Below are positions 28,109 through 37,596 of a stretch of 64,000 bases of DNA, one piece after another. The DNA lies in the NCBI GenBank assembly GCA_948890655.1, contig CAQTYU010000006.1:7655-71654 (forward strand). The letters run 5' to 3'. The stretch is from Christensenellaceae bacterium (GTDB lineage: Bacteria > Bacillota > Clostridia > Christensenellales > Borkfalkiaceae). Within the stretch, counting starts at the first letter, position 1; every line of letters begins with the position of its first letter. The notes under the pieces are model-generated. The model was not told the DNA's origin. It saw only the letters and a list, made by a program, of their open reading frames with translations, and made no database searches. The position numbers were made by a program, and so were the translations under genes.

Positions 28109-29224
28109 TCAGATTAAACCGATTATGTCGCGGGCGACTTCTGCGGAAGGATTGCCTGTGCACAGGGCGGAAAAGTTGGCGTGTTTTTTGCGGGAATTTT
28201 CGTCGTCGTTCAAATATGCGGAGATTGCCTTTACAATTTGTTTATACGATTTGACCACTATAGCCGCGTCGCGCTTTTTTAAAAACAGTATGTTTTTTAC
28301 TTCGGGGAACAGTTTGTTGTCGTAAACTATAAATTTAACTTTGCAGGTCGACGCTTCGCATATGGAACTGCTTCCGCTTTTGCCGACCATGATTTGGCTG
28401 GCTTTCATAAGCCCGGGCATATTTGTTACAAAACCGAGATTTATAACGTTGTTTATATTGTTGCGTTTGATAAACGCGTCGATTTCTTTTTTGCTCTTTT
28501 CGTTATTGCCGTTTACGATAATCAGATTATAGTCTTTTATTTTGTCGTAAAGATATCTTACTAATTTGCAGTTGTCTCCAAAACCCGCTCCGCCGTTGGA
28601 GACGAGAATGAATTTATCGCTGTTAGCGCCAAGTTTTTTTACTACCTCGTTTACGGAAACGTCGGAGTAGAATTTTTCGGCGATAGGAACGCCGTATGTT
28701 TTGATAATATCGGGGTTTGCTCCCTTTTCGGTAAGTATAGACGTGACTTCTTTGCAGGAGGAAAATATTTTACTGCAATGTTTCAGCTGCTGAGAATACC
28801 ACGAAACTACAAAATCGGGCATCTGAAACACGTACTTAATGCGGACGCCTTCTTCGATTAACTCGTCGAGAGCCATTGCCGTTGTGTTCAGCGGCGTGTA
28901 AATTACGTCGGGCGAATATCTTTTGATGTATTTTACAAGTTCCTTTTTCATTTCGGAAACGTCTTTATTGATGAAAAAGTGTTTCCTTTTGGAACGCAGA
29001 GCGATTTTATAAGCTACGCTCTGTCCGAATGCAACGGTGCGGGGAATGTGCTTTACCAATTTGTAGTAATTTTCGCTTGAAAATTTAGCCATTTTAGGAT
29101 TTTCGGCATAAATATCAACGTAATCGCAGACCACGCCGTCGTGCTTTTTAAGCGCGTCCATTACCGAATAACAAATCGATTCGAGTCCGGCGCCGACTTT
29201 TAATCCGATACACAGAACTCTCAT
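28109..29224 (-). CDS. glycosyltransferase, GT28 / MGDG-synthase (UgtP-like) fold
   Basis: The 371-aa product has the overall MGDG_synth N-domain pattern and a MurG-like C-domain (NGGAGFG ... GKSGSSSICEA). The substrate is unknown. Confidence 0.6.
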   Translation of the reverse strand: MRVLCIGLKVGAGLESICYSVMDALKKHDGVVCDYVDIYAENPKMAKFSSENYYKLVKHIPRTVAFGQSVAYKIALRSKRKHFFINKDVSEMKKELVKYIKRYSPDVIYTPLNTTAMALDELIEEGVRIKYVFQMPDFVVSWYSQQLKHCSKIFSSCKEVTSILTEKGANPDIIKTYGVPIAEKFYSDVSVNEVVKKLGANSDKFILVSNGGAGFGDNCKLVRYLYDKIKDYNLIIVNGNNEKSKKEIDAFIKRNNINNVINLGFVTNMPGLMKASQIMVGKSGSSSICEASTCKVKFIVYDNKLFPEVKNILFLKKRDAAIVVKSYKQIVKAISAYLNDDENSRKKHANFSALCTGNPSAEVARDIIGLI

Positions 29225-30876
29225 TCAAGTCCTCTCTTTTTAAGCTGATTGTTCAGACACTTCAGTCCCGTAATATAATACAGAATTTGGGTATTGCTGT
29301 TGTCGGAGTGAAGCGGAATCATACTGATAAACAACAGACCTTCAATCAGTTCGATGTCGTCCACGTTAAATCCGTGTGCGGCGATAATTCTGTCAAAGAC
29401 GTCGGGGGAAATCATATCGTTGGAATAGAAATGATATTCGAAATCGTTGCAGGACCTTTCGGTCATATTGAACAGGTTTAAGGTTATTAAATCGTATAAG
29501 CCGTGATAGTTGTGCCTGAGTTTGGCTATATCGTAACGGCAATCGCCGTAGATTGTATCGATTTTGAAGTTGCCGCGGGGGTCGAGAAGTTTGAAAGTTC
29601 CGGAGGGGGGGAAGAAGATGATGTTGCTGAAGCAGCTGTCGCCGTGGATTATGGTTGCGAATTTGCGGCTGTCTTCAACCAGCTTTTCGAAAGCGGGCAT
29701 AAGCTTTGGAAAGATTTTGTATACGCCCGTCAGCGGTTCTCCGTTGGCGTAAATTACGTCCTGTTCCAAAACGTCCTGCCGCGACCACTGTTTTATGCGT
29801 TCGAGAGTTTTGTCTATATACATAAAACGCGAGCAGTCTTTTATGTCGAAATCCTTGGGCGCTTTGTGTTTCCAGAGTTCGTTTAAGGTGCGCAATAATT
29901 TATCGAATATGTACGCCCAGTTATTTTGTCCGATTTTATAATAATTGAAGTATTCGGTTAAAGTGCTGCCGTTTACGAATTCGGTTTTGTAGGATACGAC
30001 TTCCTTTCCGTCTACTTTTTTAACGGTGCTGCCGAAATAATTGGGGATGAGATAGCCCAGTCTGCGTCTGGATATTTCTTTAAGCCACATGATTTCGGAT
30101 TTCAATTTGAGGTAAGAGCTTTCTTTTGTAAGTACTCCGAATTCATCCAGCTTGAATTTGTTGAAATTTCTACCGGCGATATTTTTAGCCAGAGTCTGGT
30201 TATAATCCTTGAGCGTGCCGGTATCGTACCAGGAATTTATACGCATACCCTTGATTCGTTGACTTTTGCCGTATTCGCTTATCAGAGAACTGAGTTGCAG
30301 TTCGTTGCGGATTTCAGGGTATTGTTTGCCGAGACAATTGCGGAGAAGTTCGGGATTAGTAAAATAGTAGAGACCTATGAGAACTTTGTTTGTTTCCGGC
30401 GTGTAATCCGGCTTGTCTATTATGTCGGTAACAACTTCGTCGGCGTTGGTTTTGATGAGACACCAGCGGGAGTGGGAGTTGTCGCTTATCGTTTTATATC
30501 CTATCCAGTCGTAACCGTAATCCAAATCAGTTTCGCACAGGGTGTCGCCCAAAAGCAAAATTGTGGGTTTGGTTATCAGTTCCCTGCATAGCTGAAAAGC
30601 GTGCAACGGCCCCTGGGGGTTGTCCTGAATTACGTAATTAAGCTTGATATATCCGCCGCCGAAGCTTTTTTCTGCAAATTCGCGAACAATCAGGTTGTTT
30701 GCCGTGCTTGTTACAAACGTTACGTCGCAGACTTCTTCATTGGTTGCCAGGTCGGCTATCATATTGAAACACGCCGGTTTCTGGTTGATGGTCATCAGCC
30801 CTTTGGGCAGAGTAAAAGACAACGGAGCCAGACGTGTGGCTTTACCTGCGATTAAAATGACAAGTTGTTTTTCCAT
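29221..30876 (-). CDS. fused sugar-phosphate nucleotidyltransferase (N-terminal) and APH/choline-kinase-like phosphotransferase (C-terminal)
   Basis: N-terminal G-K-A-T-R-L-A-P-L...LPKGL is the NTP-transferase signature. The C-terminal half has the Brenner motif HGDSCFSNI and LLDPRG. It overlaps the downstream GT gene by 4 nt. Confidence 0.7.
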   Translation of the reverse strand: MEKQLVILIAGKATRLAPLSFTLPKGLMTINQKPACFNMIADLATNEEVCDVTFVTSTANNLIVREFAEKSFGGGYIKLNYVIQDNPQGPLHAFQLCRELITKPTILLLGDTLCETDLDYGYDWIGYKTISDNSHSRWCLIKTNADEVVTDIIDKPDYTPETNKVLIGLYYFTNPELLRNCLGKQYPEIRNELQLSSLISEYGKSQRIKGMRINSWYDTGTLKDYNQTLAKNIAGRNFNKFKLDEFGVLTKESSYLKLKSEIMWLKEISRRRLGYLIPNYFGSTVKKVDGKEVVSYKTEFVNGSTLTEYFNYYKIGQNNWAYIFDKLLRTLNELWKHKAPKDFDIKDCSRFMYIDKTLERIKQWSRQDVLEQDVIYANGEPLTGVYKIFPKLMPAFEKLVEDSRKFATIIHGDSCFSNIIFFPPSGTFKLLDPRGNFKIDTIYGDCRYDIAKLRHNYHGLYDLITLNLFNMTERSCNDFEYHFYSNDMISPDVFDRIIAAHGFNVDDIELIEGLLFISMIPLHSDNSNTQILYYITGLKCLNNQLKKRGLE

Positions 30877-30965
30877 TAGTTTATTACCTCATAATAATTT
30901 TAACAAAACGAAAAAAATAAGTCAATCGTTTGCCTTTCACATTGACGTCTGATATAATAAAACCG

Positions 30966-31610
30966 ATGGTAAAAACGCATGAAAAAAAATTAAAAATAAT
31001 CGTATTTGACTTTGACGAGACTTTATACTATCATCCGCGCGCTCTTGAGTTTTATGTTGAGTTTATAAAGAACGCTATATGCAGTTTGTCTTCGCGCAAC
31101 GGTGACGAGGCGATGAAGATTATAAGAGAATATGGATTTGACCGAAGAGGCGAGAAACGCGTATCGTTCGGGAAAACGTGCGGGAAGTTCGGAATAGACG
31201 AGAAGGCGTGGGACGAATATAAACTTTCGCACTTTTTCGAGGTGGATTACAACGGCGCGGACACGGTTGATAATAAGCTGCTTATCGAACTGGCAAAAAA
31301 GTATACTCTTGTAATACTTTCTAACGAATTATACGAGAACATTATATATAAATCGGAAAGACTGGAGATAGACCTTTCGGTGTTTGACAGAATATACGCG
31401 CCGAGCGTTGCGGACGGGGGACATTCCGTGGATAAAAAGGAGTCGTTTAAAAAGATTTGCGAAGATTACGGCGCGGAGCCTGACGAACTCTTTGCGTTGG
31501 GTGACCGTTATCAGGTGGACGTTGCGCCGCTTGTCGAACTCGGCGGTGCGGGCGTGCAGATATCTTCAGTGGCTGACGCCGAGAACATTATTAAAACGAA
31601 ATTAATGTGA
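30966..31610 (+). CDS. HAD superfamily hydrolase
   Basis: DFDETLY is the DxDxT motif I and GDRYQVD is a motif IV-like block. The start is placed at ATG 30966 rather than the track start 30930. Confidence 0.7.
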   Translation: MVKTHEKKLKIIVFDFDETLYYHPRALEFYVEFIKNAICSLSSRNGDEAMKIIREYGFDRRGEKRVSFGKTCGKFGIDEKAWDEYKLSHFFEVDYNGADTVDNKLLIELAKKYTLVILSNELYENIIYKSERLEIDLSVFDRIYAPSVADGGHSVDKKESFKKICEDYGAEPDELFALGDRYQVDVAPLVELGGAGVQISSVADAENIIKTKLM

Positions 31611-31654
31611 TTTGCCGTAAAAAGACCGGCGCATATTGCGCGATTTCGTGTAAA

Positions 31655-31690
31655 AAAGGACGAACCCTGACGGTTCGTCCTTTAATATTT
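31655..31690. terminator. bidirectional rho-independent terminator
   Basis: AAAGGACGAACC (31655-31666) pairs with GGTTCGTCCTTT (31672-31683). Confidence 0.7.
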
Positions 31691-31992
31691 TGCGGTGATA
31701 TAAGTTTTGACTTTCGTATCGTGAGAGCCGGTTTTTATTTCGGTTTCGTAAACCGTATCGGGGATATTCTGCATAAACTCCGCGTAGTTTCTATTTGCGG
31801 AAATAAATTTTTTAAGTATAGCATAATTAAAATTTATCTATAAAAGTTTTATTAACCTTTAATCAAAAATATTATCAATAATTTCGCCGATTATGCTTTT
31901 TTCGTAATCTACTTTCCTTTTTATAAAACCGCTAATTTTGTATGGAGTAAAAAACACAACCGTTAATCCGCTTTTTACAAAAATATAGGTCT

Positions 31993-32296
31993 TTAACGCA
32001 TTGTCGATTTACCGTTGCTAAGTCCTATTTGCGTGCTATAAGAAAACCAAGCATATTCAAAATCAATATTCTTTAATATGTTTATAGCTGCCGATAATGC
32101 CGCGTCAACGTCAGTTTGTCCGTTTTTAGGTTGCAAACTCATAATTTTATTTGAATTCGGTATATTTCCTTGCGTTACAAGCATAGGCAACACAACACTT
32201 ATCTTTCGACAAATTAGAAGCAGACATTGATAAATGATTATTTAATAATTCTAATATTTTATCGGTAATTTCATTTGGTATATCCTGAAAATTCAT
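31993..32296 (-). pseudogene. possible frameshifted small gene (unknown family)
   Basis: A GGAGG RBS precedes ATG 32296, giving MNFQDIPNEITDKILELLNNHLSMSASNLSKDKCCV. The frame then breaks, and the +1 frame continues as LPMLVTQGNIP...GKSTMR to 31993. Confidence 0.3.
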
Positions 32297-32558
32297 AATT
32301 TTAATTGTCCTCCGCTAAATTACTGTCAGCTTAGAGAAATTATATCATAATATAATAGAATAAGCAACTTTATAATATTAAATGACAGACGGGCGTGAGC
32401 TTGTTTTGACGCGGTGAAGTCTGCCGAGCCGGTGTGGACGGACGGCGCCCGCTACGCAATAATCAAGGTGACGTAAGACGCAGTGTTCCGTCTGCGCAAG
32501 CAGGCGGCTTTATGACGGTTCGCGTTGCCGTTGCGGTTAACGGGCGGGATAGTGGTAG

Positions 32559-32933
32559 TCTGTTTCGAAAAGTTTTCAAATATATCTTCTATCAATTCCG
32601 ACGGTGTTTTCAAACGCCGCATTCATGGTGCGCGAATACATTGCCGCACGCCCCGAAGAATGGAATGAGATAATATCAGCTGCCGAGTTCCAAAAATATT
32701 TTACGGTAAAAGGTACCGCGCTTAAAAACGTCCCCGCAGGGTTTGACAAAGAGCATCCGCAAGCTCGATATTTAAAATACAATTCTTGGTATCTGGAATA
32801 CTACATGGCGGACGGGGATGTCTGCGGGGGAGAAGGTTTTTTGCGCAAATCGCTTGAAGTGTTTAAGGCAATGAAGCCGTTTAACGATTATTTTAATTGC
32901 GCGTTGAAGGATTTTACAATGCCGACGAGATAG
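32559..32933 (+). pseudogene. DUF2461 (TIGR02453) family gene fragment, C-terminal half only
   Basis: ...EEWNEIISAAEFQKYF...LKNVPAGFDKEHPQARYLKYNSWY...MKPFNDYFN matches the C-terminal pattern of ~220-aa DUF2461 proteins. The N-terminal ~110 aa are absent or degenerate. Upstream DNA switches abruptly to AT-rich sequence. Confidence 0.55.
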
Positions 32934-33024
32934 AAAAACGCGCGCTTAAATTTGTGTCGATACTTGAAATCGCGTCTAATATATGATACAATACAAAAGT
33001 AAGAATGTAATAGGAGAGTAAAAT

Positions 33025-35715
33025 ATGCACAGATATGATAATTGCGGCTTGATACAGGACGGCAAGGTAATTACTTTCAGGGCGCCCAACGGCTTTGACG
33101 GAAATATAACCATTCCCGACGACGTTACCGAAATAGGCAACCGCGCCTATGAAGTGGCGTTTTGCAACATAAAAAGGGTTGATATTTCGCCTACCGTAAA
33201 AAAAATCGGTGAAAGGGCGTTTGCCTGTTGCGAAAAATTAGAGGAAATAGATATTCCCGCGGGTGTAGAAGTTATAGGCAAGGAGGCATTCTCGGATTGC
33301 CACAGCCTTAAAAAAATTCATATTTCCGAAACGGTAACGTCGATAGGCAAGGGCGCGTTCGACGACTGCGGCGATATAGAAGAAATTACCGTAGCGGAAA
33401 ACAATCCCGTATACCGCAGCAGGGGTAACTGCCTGATAGATATTAAGAAAAAAACCTTGATACGCGGCTGTAAAAACAGCGTTATTCCCGAAGACGGCAG
33501 CGTTACGGTTATAGCGGATTGTGCCTTTTCCAACAACACCGCGCACCCGAGAAACAGAGTTCACAGCAAGGGCAGCTCTGAAATAGTTATTCCCGACGGA
33601 ATAACTAAAATAGGCAAACGCGCATTCGACTTCAATTTCGGGCTTGAAACCGTTATTATGGCCGACAGCGTTAAAACCATTGAAAAAGACGCGTTTGCTA
33701 ATTGCTATAATCTAAAAAGCGTACAATTCGGAAACGGCGTCGAAACGATAGGGGATAACGCTTTCGGTTATTCGCGCTCTTTAAAGGTCGGGCTGAAGCT
33801 TCCCGACAGCGTTAAAAAAATAGGCGCATATGCATTTTTCGACAGCGGCGTGCAGAGCGTTATCTTTGGTAAAAACGTTAAATCGATAGGAAAAAACGCT
33901 TTCAGCGACTGTAAAAATTTAACCGAACTGACTTTTTCAGACGGCGGCACCGAGGAAATTTGCGACTGGGCGTTCCACTACTGTAAGGCGCTTGAAACAA
34001 TAAACTTTTCAAACAGCCTTAAAATAATAGGCAGAAGCGCTTTTTACCGTTGCGACAAACTCGAAAATTTAACTTTTAAAAACGGTTTGGAATCGATAGG
34101 CGAGTCCGCTTTTGAGTGTTGCAGTCTGCTGAGAAGCATCGACGTGCCCGACAGCGTTAATTACATAGGCGCCGAGGCGTTTGCGTATTGCGAAAAGCTT
34201 ATATCGGTTAAAATACCCGCAAGCGTGGATTTTATGGGCAGCAACGTGTTTAAGGAATGTCCTGCAAAGGTTACGGCTCCCAAAAAAGTGGGCGCCGTAG
34301 GCTTTGAAATTGCGAGCAACGAGCTTATCAAATACAAGGGCACTTCCGTTCACGCTGTAATTCCTGACGGGGTTACTAAAATTGCCGCCAAGGCGTTTTT
34401 AAGAAAGAAGAATCTTGAAAGCATTACCATTCCCGCAAGCGTCACTTCGATTGCAAACAAGGCAATCGAAGGCTGTGCAAATCTTAAAACCGTTATCGTA
34501 GACGGTGCAAACGCGGCGTACAAAAGCATCGGCAACTGTCTTATAGACGTCAAGAAAAAGTCGGTTCTTTACGGTTTTACGGACAGTGTGATACCTGACG
34601 ACGGAAGTGTAAACGCCATTGCGGCGAATGCGTTTGCAGGGGTGGAATTGACCGAAGCGAGTATTCCCGAGGGGATTAAAACGATAGGCGCGAACGCCTT
34701 TAAAGGCTGTACGAATTTAAAGAGCCTTACCCTGCCTAATACTGTAAAATCTATCGGACCGAGCGCGTTTAAATACTGCAAGGGGCTTGAAAGCGTTACC
34801 GTACCCAAAAACGTCACGTCGCTGGGAACAGAGGCGTTTGCCGGGTGTACGGCGCTCAGGGAAATAAACTTTAACCCCGAGTGCGACACATTGTCCGTCA
34901 ACAGCGCGTTCGACGGCGCCGGCAAAAATTCGGAAGGCGTTATAATCAGGATAGGAGCAGCCGTAAAGTGTATTCCCCACTCTTTTTTGATGCCTCAGGA
35001 TAAAGAAGAAACGCCGAACGTCGTACTTGTCGATTTTTCCGGAAACAACGCTTGCGAATATATAGGCAGCAGCGCATTCTGGGGGTGCCATGCGTTAAAG
35101 CGCGTAAATCTGCCGGAATGTTTAAAAGAAATAAAAAGAGACGCATTCCACGAATGTAATATGCTGGAGCATATAAATTTTCCCGAAGCTTTGACGGCAA
35201 TAGGCGCCTATGCGTTTGAAAAATGCACAAGCCTGAAAGAGATTTATATTCCTGCGGGCGTGACGAAACTCGTTTCGGTTTTCAAGGGCTGCGGCGGGGT
35301 GGAAAGCATAAAGGTAGCTGAGGGCAATCCCGTATTCCACTGCGTAGACAACTGCCTCATCGAAACTCAAACAAAAATACTGCTGCGCGGGTGTAGCAAC
35401 AGCGTTATTCCTGCGGACGGCAGCGTGACCCGACTTGACAATTATTCATTTGACAAGTGCGGTAAGCTTGAAAGCATAGTTATTCCCGACGGCGTGGTCG
35501 AAATTTATAATAACGCATTCAAAAAATGCGAAAATTTGAAAAGCGTGACTATTGCAAAAACGGTTACTTACGTTTGTAACCCGTATTTTGAAGATTGCAA
35601 CGAGCTGATTAAGATAACCGCTGCGAAGGAGCTTTTGGAAAAATACGATTATTTCGGGTTTAAAGATAAGGAATTCGGACTTAAAAACAGGCGCGTGGAA
35701 TTTGCGTTTATATAA
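33025..35715 (+). CDS. BspA-type leucine-rich repeat (LRR_5) protein, 896 aa
   Basis: Dozens of ~23-aa repeats follow the pattern I(P/G)..V..IG..AF..C..L. A ~45-aa module (N-P-V-Y..GNCLID.KKK.L..G...SVIP.DGSV) occurs three times. I see no obvious signal peptide. Confidence 0.85.
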   Translation: MHRYDNCGLIQDGKVITFRAPNGFDGNITIPDDVTEIGNRAYEVAFCNIKRVDISPTVKKIGERAFACCEKLEEIDIPAGVEVIGKEAFSDCHSLKKIHISETVTSIGKGAFDDCGDIEEITVAENNPVYRSRGNCLIDIKKKTLIRGCKNSVIPEDGSVTVIADCAFSNNTAHPRNRVHSKGSSEIVIPDGITKIGKRAFDFNFGLETVIMADSVKTIEKDAFANCYNLKSVQFGNGVETIGDNAFGYSRSLKVGLKLPDSVKKIGAYAFFDSGVQSVIFGKNVKSIGKNAFSDCKNLTELTFSDGGTEEICDWAFHYCKALETINFSNSLKIIGRSAFYRCDKLENLTFKNGLESIGESAFECCSLLRSIDVPDSVNYIGAEAFAYCEKLISVKIPASVDFMGSNVFKECPAKVTAPKKVGAVGFEIASNELIKYKGTSVHAVIPDGVTKIAAKAFLRKKNLESITIPASVTSIANKAIEGCANLKTVIVDGANAAYKSIGNCLIDVKKKSVLYGFTDSVIPDDGSVNAIAANAFAGVELTEASIPEGIKTIGANAFKGCTNLKSLTLPNTVKSIGPSAFKYCKGLESVTVPKNVTSLGTEAFAGCTALREINFNPECDTLSVNSAFDGAGKNSEGVIIRIGAAVKCIPHSFLMPQDKEETPNVVLVDFSGNNACEYIGSSAFWGCHALKRVNLPECLKEIKRDAFHECNMLEHINFPEALTAIGAYAFEKCTSLKEIYIPAGVTKLVSVFKGCGGVESIKVAEGNPVFHCVDNCLIETQTKILLRGCSNSVIPADGSVTRLDNYSFDKCGKLESIVIPDGVVEIYNNAFKKCENLKSVTIAKTVTYVCNPYFEDCNELIKITAAKELLEKYDYFGFKDKEFGLKNRRVEFAFI

Positions 35716-35723
35716 TTAATAAA

Positions 35724-35751
35724 CGGGCGGGAAGCTTATGCTTCCCGCCCG
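35724..35751 (+). terminator. hairpin after the LRR gene (weak terminator)
   Basis: GGGCGGGAAGC pairs with GCTTCCCGCCC around a TTAT loop, but no T tract follows. Confidence 0.4.
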
Positions 35752-35940
35752 CTTGCAAGGTTGGCGGGTTGTCGTTTCTGTTTTTCGAAAACCACAAGCA
35801 GTGTATAAGCCACGTAACACATCATTGTGTAGGCGACTTTATCAATTGCATTGCGTAAAACAGCTCAGATATTTTCCTTGACTGCGCAAAAGCCGAAAAC
35901 AGGCAAGCGCTCATTGATACATTTGTAAACAAGTCTTAAA

Positions 35941-37596
35941 CTACGGCAATAAAAAAGGAAAAGTCTGTTGCATCGCAACAGACTTTTCTACGGGTTCGTC
36001 GAACGAGTGGTGGAGCGTGGCTTTTGAAATACGAACACTGCCCCCGCCCGTTGAGGTGGGGGTATTTTCGTTTTCCTCGAAATTTTCCGCCAGCTCGACG
36101 TCCTCGGAGGCTTGCGGATACCCGACAACCTCGCCACCGTCTATATTAAAGTAAATTATGAATTTATCGTCATACAAGTAAAAGCTATTTATCAGAGCGT
36201 CCACAACACGCTTTTGGAAATCCTTATCGGCGGGATTGCCGCGCTCAAAGGTTTTGAGCCACGCTATAAATTGAGCCTTTGACACCGGAATTTTTGACGC
36301 AGCCACGAGCCCGTCCCGGTCGTTGAGGAGCTCGTTTTTTTGTGCCTCCAAATCCTCCACGCGCTGGTTGAGCTTTGCGCGTACCATTTTGCTGTCGGCG
36401 TCTATAAAGGCGTTGACGGCTTTTTCTATTTCCTCCTCGAGTGCTGCGACGCGGCGCTCAATAGCTTTTACGTTTTCCTCGTTGAATTCGTTTTGATAAA
36501 GCGCCATAACGCGGTCGGCTATAAAATCCATACGTTTAGGCTCGAGCACATACTCAAGGGTAAGCTCGACGACGAGCTGCTCGAGAAAGTCTTTTCTTTC
36601 GCTGCGCTTATTGCAAGTATGGTATTTATACTTTTTGCCGCAAGCATAATAGTAGTAGGTGGCAGCGCGTCCCGTGCCACTCACTCCGACCATACGAGCC
36701 CCACAATGCCCGCAGTACGCTTTCCCTTGCAAAATGTAGTCCTCTTTCGCTTTGAGGGCTGCCGGGGCTAATTTGCGCCTTGCAAGCCGTTTCTGCACGA
36801 TTTCAAAGGTAGCTTTGTCTATGAGTGGGGGATATATATTTGTGTACACCGTGCCGTCGTGCTCAACCTCGCCTATATACTTGCGGCTGGTGAGGTTGTT
36901 TTGAAAACTTGTAAGTGATAGGGGTTTATTTTTACTATTTTTATAACCGCGTCGCGTAAGCTCCGCCATTATATCCTTTTTTGAGGTGCCTTTCGCGTAC
37001 GCCTCGAACACATACCGGACAAGCGGCGCCGTATCCTCGTCAATCACCACGATTTTGCGCGGCTTGCGGTCGCCGGCACTGCGCGGGTCGTCTATGACTT
37101 TATAACCGAGCAGGGGGCGCCCGCCGGTAAAATTGCCCTTTGCGTAACTTTCACGCAGCCCGCGGGTAACTTTCTGCGAGAGCTCCTCGCTGTAGTATTC
37201 CGCCATACCGATATAAAAGTTTTCGAGGAGGATACCGTCAAGATTTTTCGAGCCGTCCACGTTGCGAGCGGTGCGCTGCGTGGCGGATATTACCGTCTTG
37301 CCGTTTTTCTGCAAGTGGTATTTGTTTATCGCTATTTCGATACTGTTACGTCCGAAACGGTCGATTGCATACACGAGCACAATATCCCACTTTGCGGCGG
37401 CGCTGTCTTTGAGCAACTGCTGGAACGCCGGGCGAATATCATTTCGCCCAGTGAGGTGCTCGTCCTCGTATGTACGGACTATTTGCAAATCGTTTGCGGC
37501 TGCAAACTTGCGGCACTCGGTAAGCTGCCCCTCGATAGACTGGTACGTCTGCGTGCTGCCGGGGCTATACCGCGCATATACGACGGCTTGCCTCAT
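35941..37596 (-). CDS. large serine recombinase (phage integrase)
   Basis: The 551-aa product has an N-terminal resolvase domain (VVYARYS...SIEGQ, DRFGRN), a recombinase domain, the zinc ribbon CGHCGARM...YYACGKKYKYHTC, and a coiled-coil C-terminus. Confidence 0.92.
   Translation of the reverse strand: MRQAVVYARYSPGSTQTYQSIEGQLTECRKFAAANDLQIVRTYEDEHLTGRNDIRPAFQQLLKDSAAAKWDIVLVYAIDRFGRNSIEIAINKYHLQKNGKTVISATQRTARNVDGSKNLDGILLENFYIGMAEYYSEELSQKVTRGLRESYAKGNFTGGRPLLGYKVIDDPRSAGDRKPRKIVVIDEDTAPLVRYVFEAYAKGTSKKDIMAELTRRGYKNSKNKPLSLTSFQNNLTSRKYIGEVEHDGTVYTNIYPPLIDKATFEIVQKRLARRKLAPAALKAKEDYILQGKAYCGHCGARMVGVSGTGRAATYYYYACGKKYKYHTCNKRSERKDFLEQLVVELTLEYVLEPKRMDFIADRVMALYQNEFNEENVKAIERRVAALEEEIEKAVNAFIDADSKMVRAKLNQRVEDLEAQKNELLNDRDGLVAASKIPVSKAQFIAWLKTFERGNPADKDFQKRVVDALINSFYLYDDKFIIYFNIDGGEVVGYPQASEDVELAENFEENENTPTSTGGGSVRISKATLHHSFDEPVEKSVAMQQTFPFLLP
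35951..35988 (-). terminator. rho-independent terminator of the integrase operon, lying inside the last codons of the integrase ORF
   Basis: On the minus strand GAAAAGTCTGTTGC-GAT-GCAACAGACTTTTC is followed by CTTTTTT. The ORF stop codon lies 12 nt beyond the T tract. Confidence 0.75.

Noticed and set aside
27972-28163. A 63-aa minus-strand ORF downstream of the glycosyltransferase gene, with an internal 39-aa version starting at 28091.
   Set aside because: Its 5' part overlaps the GT gene end. It has no clear RBS and no recognisable family. The adjacent open frame lacks a start codon. It is left unannotated.
31607-31843. A 78-aa ORF following the HAD gene.
   Set aside because: It spans the bidirectional terminator at 31655-31690, has no RBS, and lies in a region of minus-strand gene remnants.
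35752-35950. A tRNA or tmRNA gene as the prophage integration target.
   Set aside because: I found no T-loop (GGTTCGAATCC-like) or acceptor-stem pattern at the junction or elsewhere in the window. Serine integrases do not typically target tRNAs.
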